Both the position numbers and the translations under genes were made by a program. The notes under the pieces are model-generated. The model searched no databases and was not told the origin of the DNA. It was given only the letters and a program-made list of their open reading frames with translations. From Pocillopora damicornis (lineage: Eukaryota): a stretch of DNA of 64,000 bases. Where the stretch lies: the NCBI RefSeq assembly GCF_003704095.1, contig NW_020844078.1:1-64000 (forward strand). Reading direction: 5' to 3'. This document shows positions 13,201-26,300 of this stretch, piece after piece (within the stretch, counting starts at the first letter, position 1; each line of letters begins with the position of its first letter).

Positions 13201-16200
13201 CGAATACAGATCAAATATTATCGTTTTAAATCTGGTTATGGCGTTGCCCACACCACATGTCTGCATAAATTCCTTTGCCATCAATTATCTCGATGATTAG
13301 TGTTCTCTCTCGAGACAGATTACCGACCGGATTCTATTACAAATATTTCTAGTATCTTAGCAGCAAAAAGATCTGCGACCAAGTCGCTTGTGTATGATCA
13401 TCTTCTCCCGGATAAAACATGAGTGTTTTCTTCTCTGACTATGGAGTTACGAAAGGTAAGAAATCTTGGGTCCATAATCTTGCCCTGTACCGACTAAAAG
13501 TTTGATTTCCGAATGCTACTTAACACATCGAAAGGTACTGAGGTATTTTGTTTTCTGGCCCATATACTATTGTTTAAAACGATCTCATTGTGGGAGTTTT
13601 TTCGCGTTGTAAAACCATTCACACGAATTTTCTTGCTTTGACTTGCCGTGGGTTTTTCAGACTATATAGTTGAGAGTAAACAATTGTTGATTTCTGGTCG
13701 GAGGAAAGGCACATCGTTACGACGATCAGGAGTACTTAAAACGTGTGTGTGATCCTAGCTTGGTGTTCCAGTGTATTTCAGTTTGAGTGCTACATTTTAG
13801 ACCGCTTGTGAAGATGACTTATACATCGAAAATAAAGGGCTATAAGGAATGGCTATCACACACGCGCTTCGCCTTACTAGGTTACTGTCGAAAAATTAGC
13901 ATATTTATCCTCATCTCACAAGGAGGCCTTGATATCATTCCTCGGATTAAATAATTTCAAAACGCCTTCAGTCTTCTCCGACAGTAAATACTCGGCTGAG
14001 TTAATTTATTATGTCTTCAGTCTTTCCCGACAGTAAACACCCAGCTGAGTTAATTTCTTTTGCCTTGTCTCCGTAGTTTTTCATAGGCATTCGATATGTC
14101 AAATCAAATTAATGAACTACGTTCTCGTTGAGGGATTTTCTAATTTTAAAGATTAAAGTAAAATGCCGAAGAAATAATACTTAGGCTGCCTTAGTCATGA
14201 GCTTGATTCGCTTGGTAACCTCCTTCGGGCGACAGTTGAGAATCATTGCAGTGTCTGCTAAAACTCTGCCAAAATAAATAACATTTTTATGAAGGTGCCA
14301 GGTTCTCAGAATAAATTAATAGCGAAATAGAGCTGCGTGAGTTTAACCTGATTAGACAGATCCTTGAGATGCCGACCACAAAAAGTAATGTGTCAACAGT
14401 TTCCGTCCATCTTTTAAGGATCCTTATTTACACATTATCATACTTTTTGGTCGAAGGATTAAGATATTTGCCTGCGTAGCGATCAGAAAGTCGGGCGAAG
14501 AGACAAAGCGAACACACGTGGAGCCCCTTTCATCCATGCGTGCGTGACTCCCTTGCACGCGCGCACATTTTTAATACGTGTAATGCTGGAGATGAAGCCA
14601 GCGTTCAGTACATTCATTCAGTACGCAGAACACATGTGAAAAAAAAAAACGGTATTCGTTATGTGTCGTTTAATTAAAGACATTTTCTAACTGATCTTTT
14701 GAAACACGGGTAAGGTTATGGCGCGCGTGGAACAAACAAGCTTATCGAGGAAACAGCCTTCCTCATTAGCACTTGGGAAAGAGAAAGTTTTGATTTTCAT
14801 TTCTTAAATATCTTATTGCATTTCCAGATCGCCTCGGAGTATCAAACCCAACATCACGTGATAAGCTTTTAGCAGCTGTTCACGAACTCAAGTTGTTTGG
14901 GGGCTCTATTCCAGATGAGAGAATGTTTCGCAGTCCACGGCCCAAAAGGAGGTCCCTTCCAGCCCGGCCTGTCGGCATGCAAGAAATTTTACTAAAGGGA
15001 GCGTTGTCCGATTCGACAGAGAAAGGTAACTCAGCAGTTAGTATAGTTGATTGATGTCTGGAAAGCGAGCCTGGTTTAGGAGTTTGTGCACTGGACTCGG
15101 GAGAGCCGGGCTCAAGCACTGAGCACTGGGGTGACTGGTCTTTCTGCTATGTTCATGGGCAAGGCAGTTTGTTTTTATTCTGAATTTCTCCTGGGACTGA
15201 CAAGAAACGAGTACCGGAAAATGTTGAGGAGACCTGGCGAAATGCTAGAGATATGACGGCAACGAACTTGCGTCATGTCACCCAAACAAAATTAAAGTTA
15301 CAGTAGCCGAAATATGATCTGGCGGTGTGGGTCATCTAGTTTCTATAAAGATGTCACTTCTGTAGAAAAGCTCTGATTGATTTAATTCCATTTTCTGGCA
15401 TTTGCTTCCAGGGGTGTCTGAGAGAGAACTCGTGGAGAGGAAAACACCGCAGAGGGTTCTTCAAGAACAGACTGAGGAGATGTTATCTGAGCCAGAGAAG
15501 GTGATTTACTACGTCATTGAGAACGAAATAGCACTGGGTTTTTAAGAAAGGTGGGAGACGCTTAGGCCTGGTGGCTAATGTACTGCACTCCAGCTCGAGG
15601 GGCCCGGGTTCGAGTGTTAGCCATGTTGCTGTGTTGTGGTGCTGAATAATACGCTTTGCTTTACAGTACCCCTTTTTATGGCCACCCATGAGCATAAATG
15701 GTTATCCGTTAACTGTTAGTGAAACCTATTAAAATCCCGAGAGGTCACTTACAATGGATATTTTACTGTTTAGGGGGAGAAGCAGAATTTCTATTCCCTT
15801 CCTGCTTCCAACGGAAATAGACCATAATACTGATTGACCTATTTTGTGGAAGCAGACTCTCTGATAATAAAATTAAACTCTAAATTGATTTTTAGGGAAC
15901 AGTGCAAGTGCGCACACCTGGACTAACCCCTGACACCGAAATTACAAACATCGAAATCACCAATCGGACAACAAGGTACGATATCTTTACAAACCGACGC
16001 ATTTTAAGGTGGCTCTCACAATTTTTACTTCAGTGAATAAATATTGTTATTAAGATTTAATGCAAAATTTAAGGACTTTTCAGACAGGTCGTGTCGTTGC
16101 TATGGTTAACGTTTAATACATACCATCTCAAAATTGGACATCCACTGGCAGAGGGTAGTGGCACCTACCCCATTGTAGCTCAAGTACTGTAAATTGTTTC

Positions 16201-19200
16201 GAGCCACCTTAAAATAAGCCACATAACAAACTCTGCTTTGTCTGCAAAATGTTACGCTGAGTTTTTGCTCATTCTGTGCAATTTTACCTTTGTTCCAGTA
16301 AGGAGCTAGTCCATATGCTGCTAGAGAAGTATCATGAGCTTTCAAAGGATCATAATCTGTTTTATATTGCGGTGGAGATTGAAATTCAGAAGAAAGGTAT
16401 TTTTATTGACTGGTTAGATTGATTGACTGGCTAACTTCTGAATGACTGACTGTTTGCCTGACTGACTGACTGATCGTCGACCTACTGATTCACTGCCTAC
16501 CTTCCTGACTGACGGTTTGGAGCCCTCCCTGAATGTCTCACTGCTCGATTGACTGACTGATAGACTGATAGACTGACTGACTGATTGAGTGACCGACTGA
16601 CCGACTACCTGACTAACTGACTGACTGATTAACAGACACACTGACGGACGAACCGACTGCCTAATTGACTGATCGTTTGAAGCCCTGACTGTCCGCCCGC
16701 TCGATTGCATGGCTGATGACTGACCGTTTGGGTGACAGTCCCACTGACTGTCGGACCGGCTGACTTACTAAATGCCTAGCTTACTTTCTAGCTAACCTAC
16801 TAACAAACTGACTGACATACTGGGAGGCCAATCGACTGATTTGACTTGTCGTCAAACTGTTAAGCTGTATGACTGTCTGACTGACCTCTAACCTTCTAAC
16901 TGATCGACTAACTTAGCTACTTTAGGAGCTCGTGACTTCCTACTAATTGATTGATTGATTGATTGATGGACTAGCCGAGCGACCGATGGATTGATTGCCT
17001 TACCGCTTTTCTGACTGACTTACTGCTTCACAGACTGACTGACGGACAGGTAGCAGACTTTCTCATACAATAGTTTCTCTTTCCTTTGATTAGATTCTAG
17101 TCTCCCGATGTCACAGATGATGGTACTGGCTGACGATGCCCGTCCTTTGCAAATTCAATCCCGTCAACCAACAGGGGAGGCCAAGTAAGTCAACCACATC
17201 GAAGCCATTCTCCAAGGAAAGGTTACTCTACAGTCAAACTGCTGCATAGCATACAACTATTTTTAAATGTCAAAAAGACACAAGAGACGCATAGTAATGA
17301 AAATTTCCCAACAAAACCGAAACTATTGAGGGATATTACGAAAAGCCAAGAGTTATGAGTCATATGTTATGACGTCACTTAATCGTATCCACAACAAGGT
17401 ACATGTAACCAAAACAATCGCGATTTGCCGTGCAGATCTACACGATACAGTCACGCAAGACTGGCCATCTGTGACCATCATAGGAGGCAGTCACGCAACA
17501 CACTCGCTTGAATGATTTTTATAAAATATCTATAGTTAGAGTTTGTCTTAGGAAAGCCTCACTCTTGGCTCGATTTAAGTAGCTTAAAGTGAAGTCTAAC
17601 ACCGTATTTTATTCTGCTGAATATCATATCTATTGCGACTTTTAGACGTACTTTCATTTTCAGTAAAACGTGGTTAAGATATGGTTCAGTGATATGACTA
17701 ATTTACAAAACCACAGGGAAAGATAAAAACTTTATTATAAAGGGCGTTGTTTAAAATCATGTGCACGCCACGGGAGATTGTATTTACGTGAGCTACATTT
17801 ACCATATACCATGACAAATATCATAAGTATCATGATTTCTGTTGAAGATTGTTAATATTGACACCTAAGCATAAGTCATCGTATGCAGGGTAAAAGCGTA
17901 ATTCATACACTTCACCCCCTCTTCATTTAAGTGAAGGGATCATCGGAAATCATTACTTAAATTTGTATCGTTTTTTGTTAAAAGATTTCATCTGAAGATG
18001 AGAAGCGGCGGACTGCTAAGAGTTCAAGCTGGAATTTTGAGCCCTGGGGTAAGTTTTTTTTTAAACTGAAACAGTCATTACGTAAAGGAAGTTAGCCGAC
18101 CTCTCTTTAAGTTTCTCACGTTCATTCGAAAACAGTAAATAATATAATTATGCTGAATTATACTACTGGGCTTGAAGTACTTATTAGGGTTTGGGTTAAC
18201 CACAAGCGATCGTTCATTACCTGTTTTAATTTACTATGTCAACCATCTCTTAGATCAACAGAATGAATTAAAATCAATTGAGTCGACTGTTATCATTATA
18301 TTTTCGATCTATTTTGGACGAGATTTAAAAACCATTCTTATTACATAAAGGATAATGATTTTATTACAATTCAAACACAGAACATGCAAGGGATAGATTT
18401 CTCTTTTTCATCTCCATGAGAATAAAAATTCTCCGGTTGACATTATTGCAGTGTGGTTAAAACTGTGCCTAAGACAGATATGGCGATGCAACCTTTGAAA
18501 TCGCACAATTCTGCCCACAGCAAAAGCGAAGGAAGGTTTTTTTTAATGAGCTTTATCGTGCCTCTCAGTCCCAACGTATTTATTGTTTTTTTTCTTCATT
18601 TCTTCTTCTAGGCAACCTACAAATGCGTGCAGATATCTCGGAAAACCAGAGCTGACGAGGTCGTAAAGATGATTTTGTCTAGCTATGGCAGCGATGCGCC
18701 CCCTGAGAAGTTTGTCCTAGTGGAAAGATTGTCAGATTCAGAAGGTAAACATTGCCGTAGAGGATCATGAAAATGCGTGCAAAATCTGCGCTCAAATAAC
18801 TAGAGTTGTAGGAGAAATTTTAGATTATGCGTCAAAAGTAAAAAAATTCTAGACTGCAATGGTTTTGCTTTATTTCGCAATTTGATGGGTCTAAAATCCC
18901 CAAACGCCTCGCAATTTCCCGCGCTTGACGCTGTTTCCCGTCTTTACTATCTTCCCATTGGCTCCTTGTGATAGTCACCTTAGTTTCGGTTGGCCAACGT
19001 TGGTCACCGTTGGTCAGCTTGTGATTACATTGGTTTTTGGTTTTGCGACACTGCGGAAAGTTATCTGAATTAAAGAGGTGATCAGCAAAGTTTTTCGAGA
19101 GTTCTTCTCTCTGGTGATATTTCTAAAAAACTATCTTTCTTTTAATGGTGGTCTTGCATGCTTTAAACAAGTTTTTTTACTTAATTTTTCTTTCAGCTGG

Positions 19201-21766
19201 TCGTATCTTAGAGGCAGACGAGTGTCCATTAGAAGTACAGTCTCAGTGGGAGACTGGTGATCAGGGAACGTTCACTTTAACTCAAGCCGAGTTTGAGGTA
19301 ATCATTGTTAACAGTTATAAAAGTTCTTCAAAACTTTCAATTTGCCAAAGAGAAATGTTTTGTTGTAAGCATGGGACAACGAAAATAATCTTACCATTGA
19401 TGGATGGTGTACTTTGCACCATCTAAAATCTGAGGACTCGAACCTCAGACCTTCGATGTAGTGGTCGTCGTCATAGTCTTATATGGTAGTGAAATTAATA
19501 AGCTCTTTCTTTTGTCCAGGGTGTCCTCCTTAGTGACGAAAAGAATCCACCAAATCAACAAGGATCTTCTAGTGACAACGAAATGAACACCACAAGTGTT
19601 AGCGACCAAAAAACTACCTCGTCCGCTTCAGAAACAGAAGACAAGGAAAATATGGAAGAAGCGCGCAAGGGCCAAACTTCAATCGATGCGTTAGACTTAC
19701 AGACTGTCAATCAAGTCAAGCGTAAAGTTTCGCAAATAGACAATTTGAGACACAAATTCCAGGAATACCAGGAATTCCATGGGAACCACAAGAAGACCAC
19801 TCAATCGAGTTCAAATGAAGCATTAGTTCAAGAGCCTAAGAAACGCAAAGTTTCGCAGATTGATCTCTTCAGGAGCAAATTTCTAGCGTATTATGGTGGT
19901 AAAATGGAAGGGCCTGGCGATTTGGATCCGTTGAGTGAGATTGTGAAGGCCAGCGAAACTGCTGGCAAAAATGGACTAAAAAAGAAATCGTCTCCATCGC
20001 GATCCCCTTCGAGTGAACATTCTGATGGTGAAGAACTACCACGTTTCTCATCTTCACCTCCTCCATACCTCAGGGATAACAACAACAACAACAACAATAA
20101 TAATGATAGAAACAAAAGCAACGGCAGTAAAATTAACGACGCTTCACTTAAAGACTTGAAAATTAAGAACAACAGGAAGGATCCTGCTCCCGAGATATCA
20201 CATCTACCACGTCTTAGTTTAGCAAGTGTTCTTCAACGCTGTAAACTCATGACTGTGATTCTCAACAGAGAAGCAGAGGAGTCTTGGGGCATAGAGCTAG
20301 TTCACGTCACTAAAACAGGGTCTTCGGTGAGCCCGAATGATAATAACGAGAAAGACTGGGACGATGAGAAAGTAGTTTATGTTCAACATAACGGACCCGG
20401 ACAGAACTCGATTATAAACACGTCTTGCGCAGGCAATGTTGGTAATCAGTTGTCTGAGCCGACCTCACCCCTCTCCGAGAGCTCATCAGGTTCCAGCGAG
20501 CAGGAAATAGCGACCATTTTAGGAACAGAGGAACGATCAAGATCTGTGACAGAGAAGTCGAGTGAAGACATGCGCCATATTGTACACAAACAGAACATTC
20601 ACAGAAGAATGGGAACCATAATGAAACCTGCCTTAAGTCCCATTTCATCGAGGCCTTGTTCAGCATCTCAAATGCGACCCTCTAATCCCTTAACGCCAAG
20701 ACCCTCTTCCGCACTTGCGCAATGGAAAAAGGAGGGCAGTCCTCAGCCTCGTCCTGGTGTGCGCATTGTGGCACTGACGGAGGGAGGGGTGGCGGAGAGA
20801 AGCAAAGAACTGGCTGTGGATGATTTGATTGTCGAGGTAAGGAAAAAAATGGATTTTCCTGACACCAGAATTTCATTTCTAATGCCTTTTCACCTGTATA
20901 CTAACTCAGGTTCGTGATTGCTCCTCAGATAAATGGCCAGTTCGTGCTCAACTCTCCACTAGAACCTGTCATCGCTGCGATGAAAGAAGCTGATTCAGTT
21001 TCTCTTGTTGTGGCGAGATCCAAGCTCTCTGAAGTAAAACCGGAAGTAAGTATTCACTATATCTAAGTCAGATCAGCTATTGATAATCAGAGAACATTTC
21101 TATCGACTTTCATAAAAGCAATCATTATGTTGTCACAACGACCAGTCAGAACAAAGGAAAAAATCACAACTTATTAACGATCCATCACCAATTCAGATCT
21201 AAGTAGTATTTGTAAACGACCTTTGCGCTGGAAAACCTGAGTGAGCCTGCTGCCAGATTAAGTCCAGTTTCTGATTCGTCAATAGGTTGGCTTGAGGGTT
21301 TTAGAACAATTACAGGGCGGAGAATGCGAGGCCAACGCAATCCCGTATTTCTTTTGATACTCACTGAAAATTGCTTGTCAAGAAACATACAGTAAGACGT
21401 ACCTCTTGCTTGGAAATTCACGACACGGATGGTCAATAAACGCTTTAATTATTAGTTTTCGCACGTTGAACACATGATTTATCTATGAGCATACCCTATG
21501 TTACACCCTGGGTTAGTGATGCTGTTTTAACGAACCATTCTTTTCCTCTCCATAATTTCTTGCAGGAAAAAGACAATAAAACTGATTACAAAGACGATAT
21601 CAAAGCCTTGACGCTGCAGATACAGAATCTTGTGACTAGAGTCAGCGAGATGCAGAACGACTTGAAAAAGAAAGACGACAAAATAAAAACCCTGAAGAAA
21701 ATGGTCAAGAAAAATAGCGGAGACGGAAAAGGGAAAATTTACGAGTCTGTTCAAGTACTTGTTTAG
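10216..21766 (+). CDS. SAM, tandem Ras-association (RA-RA), split PDZ and coiled-coil adaptor; Drosophila Rau-like; about 883 aa, 13 exons
   Basis: Phase-consistent GT-AG exons: 10216-10327, 10474-10524, 14828-15025, 15412-15500, 15896-15975, 16299-16396, 17094-17184, 17985-18048, 18612-18744, 19197-19297, 19520-20836, 20929-21045, 21566-21766 (2652 nt). SAM: WNERDVCRWLKKRGLGKLWRNFH-DKKIDGKVLLQITSQYL-DRLGVSNPTSRDKLLAAVHEL. RA1: GTVQVRTPGL...TTSKELVHMLLEKY...VLADDARPLQIQ...KFHLKMR. RA2: GGLLRVQAGILSPGATYKCVQIS...ILEADECPLEVQSQW. PDZ: SWGIELV...GVRIVALTEGGVAERSKELAVDDLIVEINGQ...VSLVVAR. C-terminal heptad coiled coil. Confidence 0.85.
13419..13455 (+). CDS. Putative alternative first coding exon (MSVFFSDYGVTK) of the SAM-RA-RA-PDZ gene
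   Basis: AAAAC-ATG context, 37 nt, strong AAG|GTAAGA donor in phase 1, matching the acceptor at 14828. Confidence 0.4.
15555..15800 (+). mobile_element. Degenerate tRNA-derived SINE-like repeat; related copies near 15060-15180 (+), 38770-39050 (-) and 63280-63395 (-)
   Basis: A-box-like GGCCTGGTGGCTAATG and B-box-like CCGGGTTCGAG head. Related sequence recurs elsewhere in the window. No cloverleaf. Confidence 0.45.
16408..17050. repeat. Degenerate (GACT)n/(GATT)n tetranucleotide microsatellite filling most of an intron
   Basis: About 640 bp of interrupted GACT, GATT and GACC units. It produces the spurious QSVS ORF 16414..16710. Confidence 0.85.
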
Positions 21767-22168
21767 CAATCTGTGAAACGCATCTCACCACGTGTCGAAA
21801 ATAGGGGGGGGGGCTACTTTGTATGGGCGTGGCAGGGGGGAAACTCCAATACCAATGTCTCGCAGGCATTTAGGGCCATACCGGCTTTCTTTACTTTTAA
21901 GACAGAGAATTTCACTCTTACAAGAGAAGTGGAGGGTTACGTGCGCCCAAGACAGCCCATTTCCCTTTTTTCCGAGCAGGTGCTTCGACCAGGTTTTAAC
22001 TGACACGAATCACAGTCAACTTAGGAAATGAATGTGTAGATAGCTAGGCATCGTCCCCAACAAACAGAAATATTTAATACTTTGACATATTTCAATCAGA
22101 AGGCATCAAAGGTATATCACAGAACACTCAAAACCTAGCCTTGGCCTTAGGCTAAAAGTCCACTTAAT

Positions 22169-22368
22169 TTCACCCTTTAACTCCCAAGATCTCATTAAAA
22201 ATTCTCCTTACTGTCTGCAATACAATTCTTATGATGTTTTTTCCTGAGAATTTGGTATTGGATCAACTGTTAATCCCCTGATTGATACTTTTATTGGTTC
22301 TCATCACTTTTTATTGATATTGTAAGGAGAAATTCTGTCTTGGTCACTCATGGGAGTTAAAAGGTTAA
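22169..22368 (+). mobile_element. TTAA-ended MITE-like element, family B (about 200 bp)
   Basis: Starts CCCTTTAACTCCCAAGATCTCATTA and ends GGGAGTTAAAAGGTTAA. Closely similar copies at 25101-25316, 33221-33425, 38535-38746 (-), about 62260-62321 (-) and about 63400-63521 (-). Confidence 0.7.
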
Positions 22369-23368
22369 CGCAGTTAAAAATGTATCAAATATTTATGTCC
22401 TCATCATACAAAAAATTAAAACTCGCCAAAAATTTTATTTTAAGGACAGTAAACAACATTTTACTTACCGTCGCAAAGAGCGCAAAATTTTCTCAGTCAG
22501 AATAATTCGTGAAATAAAAAAGATGTGAAATTTCATTTTAGACTCACTCAGACGAAAATAATGACGCGAGAATAAATAACGTTAGCGTTATATTTTACGC
22601 AACATCTAAAAAGAACAAATTTTAAGACAGTTGGTCATCATATTATAATGGACACTATATTACTTACATTTATAAAATAAATTTAAGATATTTACAATGA
22701 AAGTTTGTCACTGTTTACATCTGTCTGTTAAAAACTCTTTGATCCATCTACAATAATGAAGATTGTCAGTCTTAAGTGTATGGTTAACTTCTCTATCTGC
22801 ATGCATCTTCAAGTTTCCTTTTTTGGCTTTGTTCGTCTTTTTCCCAACGAGACTTGACGAACGTTGACGAGGGCCGAGGGCAGAGGGCAGAGGGCAGATG
22901 ACAAAAGTCGGAATAATTTAAAGAATTCATAAGAGGTAACGACAGTCTACGAAGACTGACGAGAGTTGACGATGATAAACGAATGTGCCCGGTAACTCCC
23001 CTAGGATTTCTTTGGGTCTCCTTAAAACCAAACTTGAGTACATGAGTTCCCTGTTTATAGTTTGACAGCACGTTGATGATAAACACTTGAGGGTAATTCA
23101 CCTCCAAAAGTTAATTCCTGTGCTCATCCTCAATTATTTTTCTAATGGCTCGGACATTTAGAGCTTTAATTCACTGCATAGTCTATCCAGCGGATGTGCA
23201 CACGTCTTCACGGCGACGGTGAACATACCTAAAATTCAATTCGCTCTTTGCCACATTTCCGGTGATTCCATTCAGCGAGGCAATACTTGACATCTTCGAG
23301 GGCCAAAGTACCTTTGTCGTAAATGTACATGAAATGTAGGGCTCAGTTTCGGAGTCAGATTCGCGGAG

Positions 23369-26300
23369 TTATTTGCTAAGGAAAGACTCCAGTGCCGCTG
23401 ATGTCCTCTGAACAGAATTGATATTTCGACGAATGCGGTCACTAACACTGGAGGTTTCCTTAGAAGAGAACGACTGAATTTTCATCTCTCTGTTGAGGGT
23501 AAAATTAATCAAACAATAAGCTGTATCCCTTATCAACAACAATTCATTCTACAATAGCGCCATCTTTGTGTGGGTTTCGACATCTATTTCAATGAGAACT
23601 CAAAGTTGATGTGCATGGGAGAGTGGTATCAAGTTTCGAGCGATAGCAGTTTTTCATGAGGTCGAGTGGAGACACCAAAATTTAACTGTTCTGTATACAT
23701 TTCTTAAAGTGCTGAAAAGGAGAAATTGTTTATAAATCAAGAGCTTCTTTGGTTGGTGATCATTTCCTTTATTCTCATGACCTTAGTGTGTCATTCAGGG
23801 GTGATATTGTAAGGAGAAATTAGATGCCTGTCACTCTTTGGAGTCAAAAGGCTATTTAAACCATGAAAAGTTCGATGTCTGAACTCGACCTGAGTGGTAA
23901 AATCCAGTATATTCGACAATCCATTAAAAAATCACTTTCACGTCGACAAAATAAGTCCTCTAAAAGAAAAAAAAACATTAGCCACAGTTCAACTTACTGT
24001 AAAAAGCTGGCACTTTTATCTTTATCCAAAGCTTCCTTTTCCTCCAATTTCGCGTCTTCTTCCTGGGAAGAAATACATTTCAAGATAAAATGAGATCCTT
24101 ATGAAAAGCAAGGACGTGGTGGCATGTATTTCTGTCTGCGAACCCTCATCGGCTCGTTCTGTAACTCTCCTTTATCGTGACTGGCTGTTGCAATAACTAT
24201 GGTTGTGACACAGGACAATTGTAACGTCGGTGGTTCACGGTAACCTTGGCCAGTTTTTTGGAAACGTTCGTTACTTACTTTGTATCGCTTAATATTTTTC
24301 CCGCGCTGCTCGTCCCGCCACCTAGGAGGGTGCAATGAAAGAAAATTGGTTTTACAAAAAATACGTTAAGCGTTCAAGACACTAGTTGCAACAAAACCTT
24401 ACTAAGAAATGGGATTTTGTCTCGATTTGTGGAATCGCATAATTCACCTCCCGCTAACCTTAAGATAAGCCTTCTTTAACTCTAAGATTTTTTTTTGCTT
24501 GTTTTGCTTGTCGACAACTGGTTGCTATATAACTAAAGCAACCAGTTGCTACACTTTGCATACGCAGGATGACGTTGGTTCCATTTCATTCGATTAATTT
24601 TCAATCAGGTGTTGAAAGTAATCCGAGATACTTTACTTCGCTTTAACATTGGTCAAGAAAACTCACGCCATAATCTCAACCACTCGGACGCAAAATTAAA
24701 ACAAATCGTCACTAGGTCACCCGCGTTTTCCCGCGCTTTAAGCAGTTTGCCTGCATTTTCTTCGTTTCCTCATTGGCTAACGACGATGTTTACCTTTCTG
24801 ATTGGTACGTGTGATAACCCTCGTTTGGTATCAGAGCAGTCAATTAAAAACCGCTCTACTCTCTGTGATTGATTTGGAAACCTCGCGACAACCTAACTGC
24901 CAATCAGATACACACCTACAACCAATCAACACTTGATAACTCGCGTTTTCCCGCGCTTTAGGTCATTCGTTTGTTTTTCCTCGGAATTTTCATTGACGCT
25001 CTGGCTTTGGTTTTCCAACACTCGATAGAAAAGCATTCTACAAGTTGTAACTAAAGGAAAGGAAGGCTGAGAAAGGAGACAAATTTCTAGAGTAAACAAG
25101 TTCGCCCTTTCATTCCTAAGATCTCATTAGTAATTCTCCTCACTGTCGACCGTACAATTCTTATGATTTTAGTTCGGAGAATTTGGTATCGGTTCAACTA
25201 AGAATCCCTTGATTGATATCTTTTTTTATTCTCATCACTTGTATGCTTGATACTGTATTGATATTGTAAGGAGAAACTCTGCCTTGGTCACTTCTGGGAG
25301 TTAAATAAAGGGTTAAATAAAACGTACTTAGCATTATCCATCATGGCGGCAAGCCGCTTCTGTTTCTCATCATCGTCCATACGTCTGTTCGAATGAGAAA
25401 AAGAAATATAGGAAATTAAAATTCGAGGTCTCCGACCTGTTCATTCACTACGAAAAGAGAATACGAAAATAGCCCTCACTAGGTCATTGTGCTGTGTTCT
25501 TGAGGAAGAAACTTTATTTTCATAGAGTCACCTAGGAGTATAACCGAGTACCAGCCAAATGTCAGCGAAACTGGACAAAATAATGGGAGGGAGGGGGGGG
25601 AAAGAGTTAATTGCGATAGGCTACACACACTCCTTGGTGCTTGATGCAGAAGACGCCGAAGATAAACAACGGCAAACATCAATGGGCCGCGCTGATTGGC
25701 CTTTAAAAATGAACGAACTGAGCTATGAAGCTGGATGTTGGGATAGAAACAAAAAGTGCGTTTTTTGTATAGACTAATCCTGATTGATCTGTTGATGAAA
25801 GTTAATGAATCGATCATGGCTTACTTTGTAACTGCCGATCCCCCTTTCTGCCATGGTTTTGCTCTGCGCGGTGAAGGAGATCTCCGTGAATTCTTAGGAG
25901 GAGATGGTGAGGGAGAGCGCCTTCTTCTCTCCACCGGCGATGGGACTCTATTCCTTCTGCTCCTTGATGGCGAAGATGACGGGCTTCGTCTATGCCTTCT
26001 GTCATCTCTTCTGTCATCTCTCCTCCCATCTCCTCTCCTGCCTTGTGGTGATTTTGATCGAGACCGCATTCGAGGCTTTCGCTTTATGGGAGATCTAAAG
26101 ATATAAGCCATGTAACGCATTTAATACACAAAAAATTTGCCTCTGCCGCGGAAGTTTTGGTCACGATGGAGAATAGAAAAAAATTTGGCGACCAAATTTA
26201 CAACGTAAGTCACCAAATTCGAGGCCATTGTTCACCAGTCATTTAGCAAGTTGTAAATTTGTGACATGTCAAAACTAAGATTTATGGTCTAGACTCAAAC

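Noticed and set aside
15555-15625. tRNA gene
   Set aside because: Only degenerate A/B-box-like motifs, with no cloverleaf. Better explained as a SINE head.
16414-16710. 98-aa QSVSQSV ORF
   Set aside because: It is the translation of a (GACT)n microsatellite inside an intron.
22793-23107. 104-aa minus-strand ORF with a short 7-bp repeat
   Set aside because: It lies just downstream of the CWC25 stop (probable 3' UTR) and has a non-ATG start and no domain.
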